NCBI GenBank assembly: GCA_937907045.1
Contig: CALCTU010000059.1
Span: forward strand, 1 to 32,976
Direction: 5' to 3'
Origin: an uncultured Alphaproteobacteria bacterium
Lineage (GTDB): Bacteria > Pseudomonadota > Alphaproteobacteria > Rickettsiales > UBA6187
DNA: 32,976 nt
Both the position numbers and the translations under genes were made by a program. The notes below the pieces were generated by a model, which saw only the letters and a list, made by a program, of their open reading frames with translations, was not told the origin of the DNA and ran no database searches. Below, one piece after another: positions 17,721-26,935 of the stretch; position 1 is the first letter of the stretch; each line of letters opens with the position of its first letter.

Positions 17721-20197
17721 TTGCAAGCTTCTTCGAGCTCCTTGGCGGTAGTGACAGCTGTGTTGCTATTGTCAAGGAGCGACGTTTGAATATAGTGCGC
17801 CATTTGTTTTGCGCCATTGCCTGAAAACATACTGATATGGTTCCCATCAATAGTAATCAGTTCTGTGTTGCCATGAAAATATGGTTGCCATTTTGTAACG
17901 TCTATATCCAGGGCGTAGTCGTTTGTTTTTTCATTAGCTAAGAAATATACTACATTGTCATGATATGCAGTGGTTTCATAGCAATAGAGGCTTTGTTTGT
18001 GTATACGCCAGTTATCAAAGAATTGCTCCAAATGTTGATGTGATGTCTTACTCAAATCTGTGATTTGTTTGGACATGTCAGGAGATAATTTTTTAATATA
18101 TTCAATGATTTGTTCATTTGAATCGGGGATATTATCGTGCGTTGGTTGCGCTAAACCCGGTGGTGGGCTGTCAGCCATGGCAAGAAGTGCTACTTCTTCG
18201 TTATGTTGTAGCAATAATTTAGAAATTTCGAATGCTATATTACCGCCAATAGATGCGCCAAATAATCGGTATGGTCCCTCTGGTTGGATGGCTTTAATAC
18301 GATCACGTTCTTTTATGGCGATGTCTTGGATGGTGGTGTTGTCAGTGAGGTGATCTGATTCAAGCCCAATAACATTGATGGTTTCAGGCATATGGCGGGC
18401 AAATTCTTTAAAAATTGCTACTGATCCACCTGCAGGATATAGGCAAAATAATGTAATGGCAGATTCTGAGATGGTGTTAAGATGAATATAGTTCTTATGA
18501 GTTGCTGGGTCAGAGGCTGTTTGGTTTTGTTGAAGATTGGTGATGTGTTGACTTAGTGCTTTAAGTGTTGGATAGGTAGTAAAATCTTGCAATGTAACAC
18601 TTATTTTTAAAGATGTTTCAATTTCGAGTATGAAATCTAATGTCATAAAAGAATCGACATTTAGCTCATCAAAGGTAAGCTCAGTATCGTCTATTGTGTC
18701 ACCTGTAAGGTTTTCCAAAGTCTGTGTAAGTGTTTCTAAAATAGTGTGCTGACTGGTGCCGGTGGACGTTGTTTTAGCAGGTGATGTGATTGTATCAATC
18801 CAGAAGCGACGACGATTGAATATGTTTATTGGTGGCGAAATAGCCGAGGTTGCTTGTTCAAGCGGGGATTCTTCAATAATAGCGTGGACATTGCACCCTC
18901 CCATACCAAATGAACTAATACTGGCGCGTCTTGGATGAAGCTTATTGCGCTGCCAGTCATGTAAGGAAGTATTCACCGAAATTGGAATGGAAGAAAAAGG
19001 TATATTTTCATTACCTGTTTCAAAATTGATCGAGGGAGGAATTTTTTTATGATGGAGACTGAGTACCGTCTTAATAAATCCTGCTATTCCGGCTGCAGCA
19101 TCAAGGTGGCCAATATTGGATTTTACAGAGCCAATTTTACATGGGTTTGAGCTGTCTCTATGTTTGTGGACAGTGCTGATGGCTTCCATTTCGATAGGGT
19201 CGCCAAGTAAGGTTCCGGTACCATGTGCTTCTATATATTCAATGGTTGATGGGTCTATTTCGGTGACAGCAAGGGCATGTTTAATTACTCTAGTTTGCCC
19301 CAGTACACTTGGAGCGTTATAAGACATTTTATTGGCGCCATCGTTATTTGTAGCGGTTCCTTTGATGACGGCATAAATAGTATCATGGTCATCGATCGCA
19401 TCCTCTAATCTTTTTAATATGACAACCCCCAGTCCGTTACCAGGGACTGTTCCTGATGCGTTCTTGTCGAATGGCCGGCAGTGTCCGTCAGCAGATGCGA
19501 TGCCTTCTTTTTTGTACATATAGCCAGATTTAAGAGGAGTGGTAATCGATACGCCGCCTGCAATGCTAATGTTGCAGTCATAATTGAGTAATCCTTGGCA
19601 GGCGTTATGTACAGCTAACAAAGATGATGAGCATGCAGATTGAATGACTTGCGAAGGGCCGGTTAAATTGAGTTTGTGACTAATACGTGAGGCTAGAAAA
19701 TCAACACCATTGGCAGTAACAAGTTGGTAGAAGTGGTTAGAGTCCAGAAGGTAGGGATGCTGCTTGATGAGTTCAAGAATATATGTATTGAAGCTAGAGC
19801 TAACGTATAAACCAACAACATTGGAGTCGTTATGTGTATCGACCTTGCACTGTTTAAGCGCTAAAAGTGTTTCTTCTAAAAGACAACGATGTTGTGGGTC
19901 AATGAGTGATGCTTCAAGTGTAGAATAATTAAAGTATGATGCATCAAACATATCAGCATCATGCATGATGGCTTTTGCTCGTACATAATTGGGGTTTAGG
20001 ATATCTTCTTCTGCAATACCGTTGGTGATCAGTTCATCGTCAGAAAAACGGGTGATTGATTCTTTTGCATGAATTAGATTTTCCCAAAAACTGTTAACAG
20101 AGTTTGCACCTGGAAAACGTCCTGACATGCCAATAACGGCAATGTCGTTATCATTATGTTCTGTCATAAGCTTGTCATATCTCCCTTTAAAATACAC
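17717..20197 (-). CDS. AT-less polyketide synthase module KS-ACP-TE
   Basis: KS: IAVIGMSGRFPGA, DPQHR, QSACSSSL, EAHGTGT, KSNIGHL (intact C-H-H triad). ACP: NVDSFM. TE: YPAGG, FGASIGG, GNH. No GHSxG AT domain between KS and ACP. Start is either GTG 20197 (overlapping the NRPS stop) or ATG 20167. Confidence 0.92.
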   Translation of the reverse strand: MYFKGRYDKLMTEHNDNDIAVIGMSGRFPGANSVNSFWENLIHAKESITRFSDDELITNGIAEEDILNPNYVRAKAIMHDADMFDASYFNYSTLEASLIDPQHRCLLEETLLALKQCKVDTHNDSNVVGLYVSSSFNTYILELIKQHPYLLDSNHFYQLVTANGVDFLASRISHKLNLTGPSQVIQSACSSSLLAVHNACQGLLNYDCNISIAGGVSITTPLKSGYMYKKEGIASADGHCRPFDKNASGTVPGNGLGVVILKRLEDAIDDHDTIYAVIKGTATNNDGANKMSYNAPSVLGQTRVIKHALAVTEIDPSTIEYIEAHGTGTLLGDPIEMEAISTVHKHRDSSNPCKIGSVKSNIGHLDAAAGIAGFIKTVLSLHHKKIPPSINFETGNENIPFSSIPISVNTSLHDWQRNKLHPRRASISSFGMGGCNVHAIIEESPLEQATSAISPPINIFNRRRFWIDTITSPAKTTSTGTSQHTILETLTQTLENLTGDTIDDTELTFDELNVDSFMTLDFILEIETSLKISVTLQDFTTYPTLKALSQHITNLQQNQTASDPATHKNYIHLNTISESAITLFCLYPAGGSVAIFKEFARHMPETINVIGLESDHLTDNTTIQDIAIKERDRIKAIQPEGPYRLFGASIGGNIAFEISKLLLQHNEEVALLAMADSPPPGLAQPTHDNIPDSNEQIIEYIKKLSPDMSKQITDLSKTSHQHLEQFFDNWRIHKQSLYCYETTAYHDNVVYFLANEKTNDYALDIDVTKWQPYFHGNTELITIDGNHISMFSGNGAKQMAHYIQTSLLDNSNTAVTTAKELEEACN

Positions 20198-23100
20198 TAA
20201 TGGCTAAGAATTTTTTTGCGATTAAGATGGCGTTTCCGTTTTTTGACCATATCAGAAGACAGAAACATGTTGTGTTGACGCGAGTAGTTTTGTGCTGTGT
20301 ATTGGTCAATAAAATGGGCGCAGTCGGTAATGGTTGGTAAGGAGAAAAATTGACTCAGTGATATTTTTATGTTGAACAATGCTTCAATATCACACGCAAC
20401 CGCAATGAGTGAAATGGAGTCGCCACCAATCTCAAAAAATTTATCATGAATACCAATTTTTTCACTAGGAATTCCAAGTTGATGAGACCAAATCGTCAAG
20501 ATAGATTCTTGGGTTTTATTGAGAGGACGCTCTTCGGTCTTAGATGTTTGTAACTCTATTGGCCTATCGGCAAGCTGATGCCGGTTTATTTTGCCATTTC
20601 GAAGAAGAGGCATGTGGTCGAGTTTTACAAACAAAGCAGGGACCATATAATCGGGTACCCGTGACGTAAGAAAGCGTTTGATGTCTTGGTTTGTAGGCTG
20701 ACTGTTAGGGTTGCTTGTATAGAATGCAATCAGCATAGGAGTATGCGTGTAAGGATGGTCTCTTTTGATGATGGCAACTTTACCCACATCCGGGTGAGCC
20801 AGTATATTATGCTCAATATCATCAATTTCAATACGGTAGCCATTGAGTTTTATTTGATTATCTCTTCTACCAACAAATTGAATATTTCCTTCTTTGGTAT
20901 AATAACCTAAATCGCCTGTTCTATATAATCGAGATTGGGAAGGGTCGTTGGCGATGTTATTAGGGACAAATTTTTTCTTGTTAGCGCTTGGATTGTTAAT
21001 ATAACCGTTTGCAAGGCAGTCGCCTCCTATATACAACTCACCAACAGCTCCAAGTGGTTGAAGTTGTTGGTAATCATTTAAGATATAAATAGAGGTATAT
21101 TCAGCAGGTTTGCCAATTGGAATGGTGTGAGCATTGTTTTGATTCGGTAAGCAAGGATAGTAAGTTGCGGTAATGGTGGTTTCGGTTGGGCCGTATAAAT
21201 TGTAGAGTGTTGTTTGTGGATACTGAAACTCTTGATAAAATTTATTTACTAACTCAGGGTGTAATGCTCCACCTCCTGAGAAAACATAATTAAGGTCGTT
21301 GCACTGGCTAAAGGATGGGTTATTTAGTAACATTGATAGGAGGGATGGAACGCAAGAGATGCAATTAATTTTTTGAGAGTGGATCAATGCTACAAGATAG
21401 TCTGGACGGCCAGATTGCTCAGGATCAGATATCGCGATACAAGCTCCATTACTTAAAGGCCATAACATTTCGTGAAGTGATGGATCAAATGTAATATTAA
21501 TGTGATGAAGTACCCTGTCTCCAACTTGTAATGGAAACGTTTTTTGCATCCATTGCATTTTTAAAGCAATGCTTCGATGTGAAATTTCAACTCCCTTTGG
21601 TTTTCCGGTTGTTCCTGAAGTGTAAAGAATATAGGCAGGAAGTTCGAGGTGATTGGAAGGAGTAGGTGGTATTGTTTTTATGTTCGTATGGGAATAGTTT
21701 GTAGGATCTAATGTGACCACAGGAGGACAGTTTTGCAGATTGCTTAATTGCGCTTGCTGTTGGGGTGTTGTGATGATGATATTGGTTTGGCTGTCTTGGA
21801 GTATATCGTTTAGTCGGCTTTGTGGTGTACCCGGATAAATAGGAATATAACATGCACCCAATGTAAAGATGGCAAGCATTGTTGCAATGAGATCTGGACT
21901 ACTGTGCATGTAAACCATGACGCGTGATCCTGGTTTAACGGAGTGTTCGGATAGCAATAGGCTAATTTGATCGCACATTTGCAGTAGTTCGGTATAACTA
22001 TACTGCTGTTGTGTATGGTTGATCAGTGCGGTTTGGCTTGAGTATTGCCGAGCGATTTTTCTAATTGTTGTAGAAATGGGCTCAAGTTCTGTGGTTGATG
22101 AGTGTGTGTGGTGGTTAAATTGATGGATAAGTTGTTCTGATTCTGGAGAAATAACTTTGAGTGTCGATAAATCAACCAATGGATCTTGCGATATTTGATC
22201 AATTAGGTAGCTAAAACTACTAGTTAGTTCTTGAATTTGCTCTAGCTCAAATAATTTAGTTTTATATTGCCATTCAAAAACAATCGTGTCTTGCATTGAG
22301 GTGTCATAAATTAAGGCAAGGTCATTAATGACTTCCTGGTAGTTAAACTCTAACGGTGTAATAATCATGTCATGAAGTGATGCTCCTGGAAAAAGAACAT
22401 TTCCCTCGCTTAGAGAGAGATTCATGTTGTTGTTAGAAATAGTTTGAGTTTTACGCATATGTTTGATGATTTGTGGTAAAGGAACATGTGCGTGTTTTTT
22501 AGCGTCTTTTCGTTGTTGGTGGCATTGTTGAATAATGTCCTGAAATGACATACCAGCTTCTAGTTTAACCCTAAGAGGGACGTTATTGACAAACAATCCT
22601 AGGCAGTGTTTTAAGTTTAAAGGACGCGTGTTAATGCTGTAATGCGATACAATATCGTTGTTATTAAAATAATTACTTACCAGAATATTAAATAAGGAAG
22701 TAATGGTAACAAAAAGAGAAGTTTTATGCTGCTTTGCAAGGGATTTAAGTTTTTTATTTTGGGCATTGGTTAGTTTAAAACGTAAGCAATTACCTTGAAT
22801 ATTTTGGTTGGAATCTAATGTTTTATTAAATGAAAGTTCTAGGTTGTGGTCTTTTAGTATGTTTTCCCAATAGGCAAGTGATGAAGACAGCGTAGTATCG
22901 TTGTTTGATTGGGGGTGTTGATAAAAAGAAACATATTGTTGTAGTTGATCGCCTGGCTTAAGAGTCTCAAATTCCAAGGGGTCATTGTTATATATCATTG
23001 AGAGTGTTTTAAGGAAAAGTTGTGCTGACCCTCCATCAAATAAAATATGTGGAATGGAGGTGCCAAAAAAATAAGTGTCATGTGAAACTTTAATTAAACA

Positions 23101-23463
23101 AAATCTGGCTAAGGGTGCAGTGAACAAATCAAATGGTTGGCGTGCTAGGTTATGGACGATGTGAGTCGCTTGATCCTTTTTTTCTTCGTCATTGATTGTG
23201 TTATTGGTGGTTAGGTCAAAATAGTCTAATGTTGGTATGATATCGCTAGAAAGCTCGGCACAAATATCTCCATTATGAGAGATAAATTTGACTCTCAGAG
23301 AATCAAATAATGTTATGCATTGCATAATAGATTTTTTGAAATGCTCTACATCCATGTTACCATTTAATTGTAATTGGATAGATGTATTGTACGCATAACT
23401 TTGTGGATTGAGTTTCCACGCAAACCAAAATCCTTCTTGTAGCGGTACCATCGGGTAAAGCAT
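20197..23463 (-). CDS. Single-module NRPS C-A-T
   Basis: C domain (PLQEGFW, AYN, PHILFDG, YW, LGLFVNNVPLR); A domain (YTSGTTGKPKG, FDPS, NLYGPTE, GELYIGG, YRTGD, GRRDNQIKLNGYRIE, NGK); PCP FFEIGGDSI. Start likely ATG 23463 after GGGGG (alternative 23502). Confidence 0.94.
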   Translation of the reverse strand: MLYPMVPLQEGFWFAWKLNPQSYAYNTSIQLQLNGNMDVEHFKKSIMQCITLFDSLRVKFISHNGDICAELSSDIIPTLDYFDLTTNNTINDEEKKDQATHIVHNLARQPFDLFTAPLARFCLIKVSHDTYFFGTSIPHILFDGGSAQLFLKTLSMIYNNDPLEFETLKPGDQLQQYVSFYQHPQSNNDTTLSSSLAYWENILKDHNLELSFNKTLDSNQNIQGNCLRFKLTNAQNKKLKSLAKQHKTSLFVTITSLFNILVSNYFNNNDIVSHYSINTRPLNLKHCLGLFVNNVPLRVKLEAGMSFQDIIQQCHQQRKDAKKHAHVPLPQIIKHMRKTQTISNNNMNLSLSEGNVLFPGASLHDMIITPLEFNYQEVINDLALIYDTSMQDTIVFEWQYKTKLFELEQIQELTSSFSYLIDQISQDPLVDLSTLKVISPESEQLIHQFNHHTHSSTTELEPISTTIRKIARQYSSQTALINHTQQQYSYTELLQMCDQISLLLSEHSVKPGSRVMVYMHSSPDLIATMLAIFTLGACYIPIYPGTPQSRLNDILQDSQTNIIITTPQQQAQLSNLQNCPPVVTLDPTNYSHTNIKTIPPTPSNHLELPAYILYTSGTTGKPKGVEISHRSIALKMQWMQKTFPLQVGDRVLHHINITFDPSLHEMLWPLSNGACIAISDPEQSGRPDYLVALIHSQKINCISCVPSLLSMLLNNPSFSQCNDLNYVFSGGGALHPELVNKFYQEFQYPQTTLYNLYGPTETTITATYYPCLPNQNNAHTIPIGKPAEYTSIYILNDYQQLQPLGAVGELYIGGDCLANGYINNPSANKKKFVPNNIANDPSQSRLYRTGDLGYYTKEGNIQFVGRRDNQIKLNGYRIEIDDIEHNILAHPDVGKVAIIKRDHPYTHTPMLIAFYTSNPNSQPTNQDIKRFLTSRVPDYMVPALFVKLDHMPLLRNGKINRHQLADRPIELQTSKTEERPLNKTQESILTIWSHQLGIPSEKIGIHDKFFEIGGDSISLIAVACDIEALFNIKISLSQFFSLPTITDCAHFIDQYTAQNYSRQHNMFLSSDMVKKRKRHLNRKKILSH

Positions 23464-23716
23464 GGTGCCCCCGCTATTACAACTGAGCTGTTTGTCCAAC
23501 ATTGTCTATCCGTTAGTTTGAAAATATTCTCTCTTTGGTTGTATAAGTGCATGCGCGTAATCGCTTTATAGCGACCGGAGATACGTTCCCCCAAAGTCTA
23601 ATGTATAACTTAAATGCACCCATTACAACACATACAAAAATGACGGATATTATTCAACCTATTGTTTTAGAAAAATTCAAGTTATGATTTATTCTTGCGG
23701 TAATCCATGGGAGGAA

Positions 23717-24652
23717 TTATGCGCTACCGCTCAGTTCTTTGCGTACTTCTTTATCCAATTGTTTCATCACTGCATCAAATGCCATAAGAAAGCCTTCAAG
23801 TGTAACACGGTTAAATTTTTTGCTGATTGGATGGTCCAGATATGCAAGATATTGGTTGCGTTGTTCTTTGGTCAAGTGGCGATAGGAATAAGCCAGAGTG
23901 AGTTGGGCGGTGTGGTGAGCCTGGGCATAAATCTCAGGCCTATTTTGGTTTACTCGGGTTACAATTTGGATATGTTCTTGAGGGCTGTATAAAGATGCCA
24001 TTACGTTGAGTGTTGCATCGAGAATATTATCTTGAATGGCAATGGATTGTTGACTAATTCCGACAAGCTCATCAATGCGTTTGGCAAAATCCATTAATTC
24101 TTGGTTTGCCTGTATCATGGCTGCACTTGCAAGTGCTTGTTGATAGTTTTCTGGCTTTCCAAGCTCTGTATCGTTATAGCTGATAATTTTACCTAAGTCC
24201 GAATTATGCCATTCAATAATGTATGTGGCCTCTTTTGGAGTAATGTTTTGCTTATAGTATTTTCTGAGAATTTCAATCATGATGTTTGCATCAAGAGAGC
24301 GCATTAATGCTGCACGTAGCTGCGATGTTTTTTTAGCGTCTTCAGGTTTTTGTTTAGCACGCTGTGTTAACTGTTGGTCAATAGAAGTCCGAATCATAAC
24401 CGGAACTTGTGTTAATTGTTGTTCTAGTCGGGTGACCTGCATTAATGCATTCACTCCATCGTCAGTTAACTCTTTTGCCGATGATAGAGAAGGAATAACG
24501 ATTATTGCTGAGATGATAAGGAGTGTTTTGCAAATATAATCACTTCTATTTTTAATACTTGCTATCACAGGCGTAAAACAGCTGCTTTTACGTACCTGTG
24601 TTGATAGTATTTCATAGATGAATTGAGAAAATACTTTAGAGTGTTCAAGCAT
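23717..24652 (-). CDS. Exported alpha-helical protein, DUF2059-like
   Basis: Hydrophobic signal-like stretch ending SLSSA; two repeats resembling DUF2059 (YYKQNITPKEATYIIEWHNSDLGK; YSYRHLTKEQRNQYLAYLDHPISK). The true start may be downstream of 24652. Confidence 0.6.
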   Translation of the reverse strand: MLEHSKVFSQFIYEILSTQVRKSSCFTPVIASIKNRSDYICKTLLIISAIIVIPSLSSAKELTDDGVNALMQVTRLEQQLTQVPVMIRTSIDQQLTQRAKQKPEDAKKTSQLRAALMRSLDANIMIEILRKYYKQNITPKEATYIIEWHNSDLGKIISYNDTELGKPENYQQALASAAMIQANQELMDFAKRIDELVGISQQSIAIQDNILDATLNVMASLYSPQEHIQIVTRVNQNRPEIYAQAHHTAQLTLAYSYRHLTKEQRNQYLAYLDHPISKKFNRVTLEGFLMAFDAVMKQLDKEVRKELSGSA

Positions 24653-24687
24653 GTGTGTTGACCTAATGTTTGATGTTTTTTTACAGG

Positions 24688-25533
24688 TTAACTACAATCC
24701 CAATTAAACAGAACATTTGAAAAATCTTTGTTTTTGAGATCTTCTTCGCTAATAAAAAATTGTGCAATGCCGCCATCGCCCCAATATATATCATTTTCAG
24801 GGTCAGAATCTATTTGGAGTAACATGATTGTTTTGTCTTGATAACCGCTTGAATTGTAGCTACGAGGGTCGTCTTGCCTAAATGTTGGATATCCGCCAAC
24901 CCTATGGCCATCTCCCGGATATTCTGCGATATAGGCTTCTATGCCTTCATCACTATTAAATCTTAGTATTTTCTCGCGGCGGAAATCCTCAAAAGTAACC
25001 GGCATTGAGCGTTTTTTGAAACTTAGCCTTAATCCATGTTGGTGATTGTCTCCAAGTGGGCCATTTTCAAATGGCTCAACAAAGTCAAAGTTGGTTACAA
25101 GATTGTTGTTATCGATCTGCGGGTAAAAAATGACTCTAAAGCCATCTTGCAGAGTTTGGTCGTCGGTATCAAGGCCATAAAGGTCATCGTTTGCAATCCA
25201 AAATTGCAATATACCCTTCTTGGGAAAGGGTTGAATGGATGGCATCTGAGCAAAGTTGATTTGCGCTAAAAAATGCAGATGTTCGCCTTCACTGTCTTTT
25301 GGGTATTCCTGTGAAGTTGGAAGGTAAGGTAGGCCACCAAACTTGCTGTCCCATAATTGGAGTGATTTATCGGCAGTTGGTGTAATTTCAACACTGGGTA
25401 ATTCGCTTTCTACAATTGCGCTGAATATTCCAGCTTTTTTTCTGAATTGTTTAAGTAAATCGGATTTATATATGAGGTAGTACCCACCTACCCAAACAAT
25501 TAAAAGTCCAATAAAAATAGCTAATGTGGTCAT
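24688..25533 (-). CDS. YwqG/DUF1963 family protein with N-terminal membrane anchor
   Basis: SKFGGLPYLP, FLAQIN, GILQFW, HRVGGYP, LLQIDSD, WGDGG, C-terminal WDC. Confidence 0.85.
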   Translation of the reverse strand: MTTLAIFIGLLIVWVGGYYLIYKSDLLKQFRKKAGIFSAIVESELPSVEITPTADKSLQLWDSKFGGLPYLPTSQEYPKDSEGEHLHFLAQINFAQMPSIQPFPKKGILQFWIANDDLYGLDTDDQTLQDGFRVIFYPQIDNNNLVTNFDFVEPFENGPLGDNHQHGLRLSFKKRSMPVTFEDFRREKILRFNSDEGIEAYIAEYPGDGHRVGGYPTFRQDDPRSYNSSGYQDKTIMLLQIDSDPENDIYWGDGGIAQFFISEEDLKNKDFSNVLFNWDCS

Positions 25534-25544
25534 GGTATTGTTTC

Positions 25545-26861
25545 TTATTGAGGCTTACGATATGCTTTGTATATTACAATCACAAACATAAGTCCACCAA
25601 TTAGCGCAAGCGGTGCGCCTCCAAAAAACAAGGCTTTTCCAATGATAGTGTCGACTTGAGCACTATTTCCTGCAGTTTTACGAAGTGCTCCATAGCCGCC
25701 CATTACGGCCAGGCCGGTAATGTGTAGTACGTGACCAATACCATACAGGTATAACTGAATCATTGCTGCACGTGGTTGGGTAAATGCTTTGTCCAAGAGA
25801 GTAGGGACAACTGTATAGCATAGTGTCATGAATGCCATGGTGATGCCACCTACGACGGAGGCGTGATAATGTGCTGGTACAGTTGTGTCCATACCTCCAA
25901 TATGAACACCAAGTAGACCGCCATAGCCAAAGAATAAAATTGACCATAAAAGACCGTGTTTAATATAAGGCAAAGGAGATTGATTGTTGGATGTAAGGAA
26001 GCTTCCCACAATGATTAAGCCGATTGTTACTGGGGCAATGCCACCAAGCCATCGCATATGTAGTGTAAATGGCCAAATAGTATCTTCTATTGAGGGGTAT
26101 AATTTGTAGATAAATGGACATATACCCGCAAATAAAAGATTACATAATATAATAATACTAAGGTATTTGTTTTTAACTAAAAGTGATAACCCAGTGTGGT
26201 CAGCAAGCTTTAGCCAGGTTGCAATGAGTAAGCTGGTAAATGTAAATTGAAGTGCATGGCCACCTCCCCAAAAGAGTTGCTCATAAAAATGTGCTAAATC
26301 ATCAGGTTGGTTAGGCAACATCGTGCCGGCGATCATGAAACATCCCATTGCTATCAAGATAATTACCGCAGCGCTGCAAAGGCTGAGATTAAGTGGTTGA
26401 GAAAGGGTAGGAAATCGAGGTGGGATAGCAAGAATTGCCTGGCCCAGAATACCACACGCAAATACACTAAGTCCTATGATAAAGACAATGTTTGTAAGCA
26501 TTGGAATATAGTTACTTTTGATGGCCTGAGTATCTGGGACCAATGCTCCAAGTGTCATGAGTACTGTTCCGCCTAAGCATAAGTAAAAGCATAATGTTGC
26601 TAATGCATAAACATGTACAAACCGGTTGGTGGCATGCATGACTGTCATCATGCCACCAATAGCGAGAATCCATACCAAGACTGACATATTAACATGTATA
26701 ACTAAGCTAACATCAAAAATATGCTGGGTATTAAAAAGTTGTTCAAAAAACGGACCGCGTAAAATGGCCGGTGGAAGTGAAAATAATCCAGCAATAGCAA
26801 GTGAGGCAATGCTCAAGAAAAACCACTTGCGGGCCAAGGGGATAGCGTTTGGGTTTTGCAT
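25545..26861 (-). CDS. Heme-copper oxidase subunit I-like membrane protein (atypical, no CuB His-His pair)
   Basis: About 12 TMs; helix-II-like His (VIHVN), helix-VI-like LFWGGGH, helix-X-like PAHYH, loop GALRK similar to GMPRR. Confidence 0.72.
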   Translation of the reverse strand: MQNPNAIPLARKWFFLSIASLAIAGLFSLPPAILRGPFFEQLFNTQHIFDVSLVIHVNMSVLVWILAIGGMMTVMHATNRFVHVYALATLCFYLCLGGTVLMTLGALVPDTQAIKSNYIPMLTNIVFIIGLSVFACGILGQAILAIPPRFPTLSQPLNLSLCSAAVIILIAMGCFMIAGTMLPNQPDDLAHFYEQLFWGGGHALQFTFTSLLIATWLKLADHTGLSLLVKNKYLSIIILCNLLFAGICPFIYKLYPSIEDTIWPFTLHMRWLGGIAPVTIGLIIVGSFLTSNNQSPLPYIKHGLLWSILFFGYGGLLGVHIGGMDTTVPAHYHASVVGGITMAFMTLCYTVVPTLLDKAFTQPRAAMIQLYLYGIGHVLHITGLAVMGGYGALRKTAGNSAQVDTIIGKALFFGGAPLALIGGLMFVIVIYKAYRKPQ

Positions 26862-26935
26862 GATTTTACGTATTTGATAAGTTAAAATTGTGGATAATAT
26901 AAAACATTTGGTGTAGAACGATAGCGGAAATTTGT

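Noticed and set aside
18740-18870. Frameshift or deletion pseudogene explaining the missing AT domain of the PKS
   Set aside because: The reading frame is continuous, the post-AT-like linker (FNRRRFWI) joins directly, and KS, ACP and TE catalytic residues are intact. This is consistent with a genuine AT-less module, although ancient AT loss is possible.
20164-20178. Mini-ORF ATG ACA AGC TTA TGA (MTSL) overlapping the PKS ATG 20167
   Set aside because: It sits only 2 nt from the GGGAG RBS and is probably a chance ATGACA duplication; nothing supports a function.
25545-26861. Calling this gene coxA, ccoN or norB
   Set aside because: It lacks the CuB/FeB His-His pair and partner subunits, so no symbol was assigned.
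26889-26897. Perfect DnaA box TGTGGATAA near heme genes, suggesting oriC
   Set aside because: A single 9-mer is plausible by chance in 33 kb of AT-rich DNA. There is no box cluster, no hemE, and no visible skew switch.
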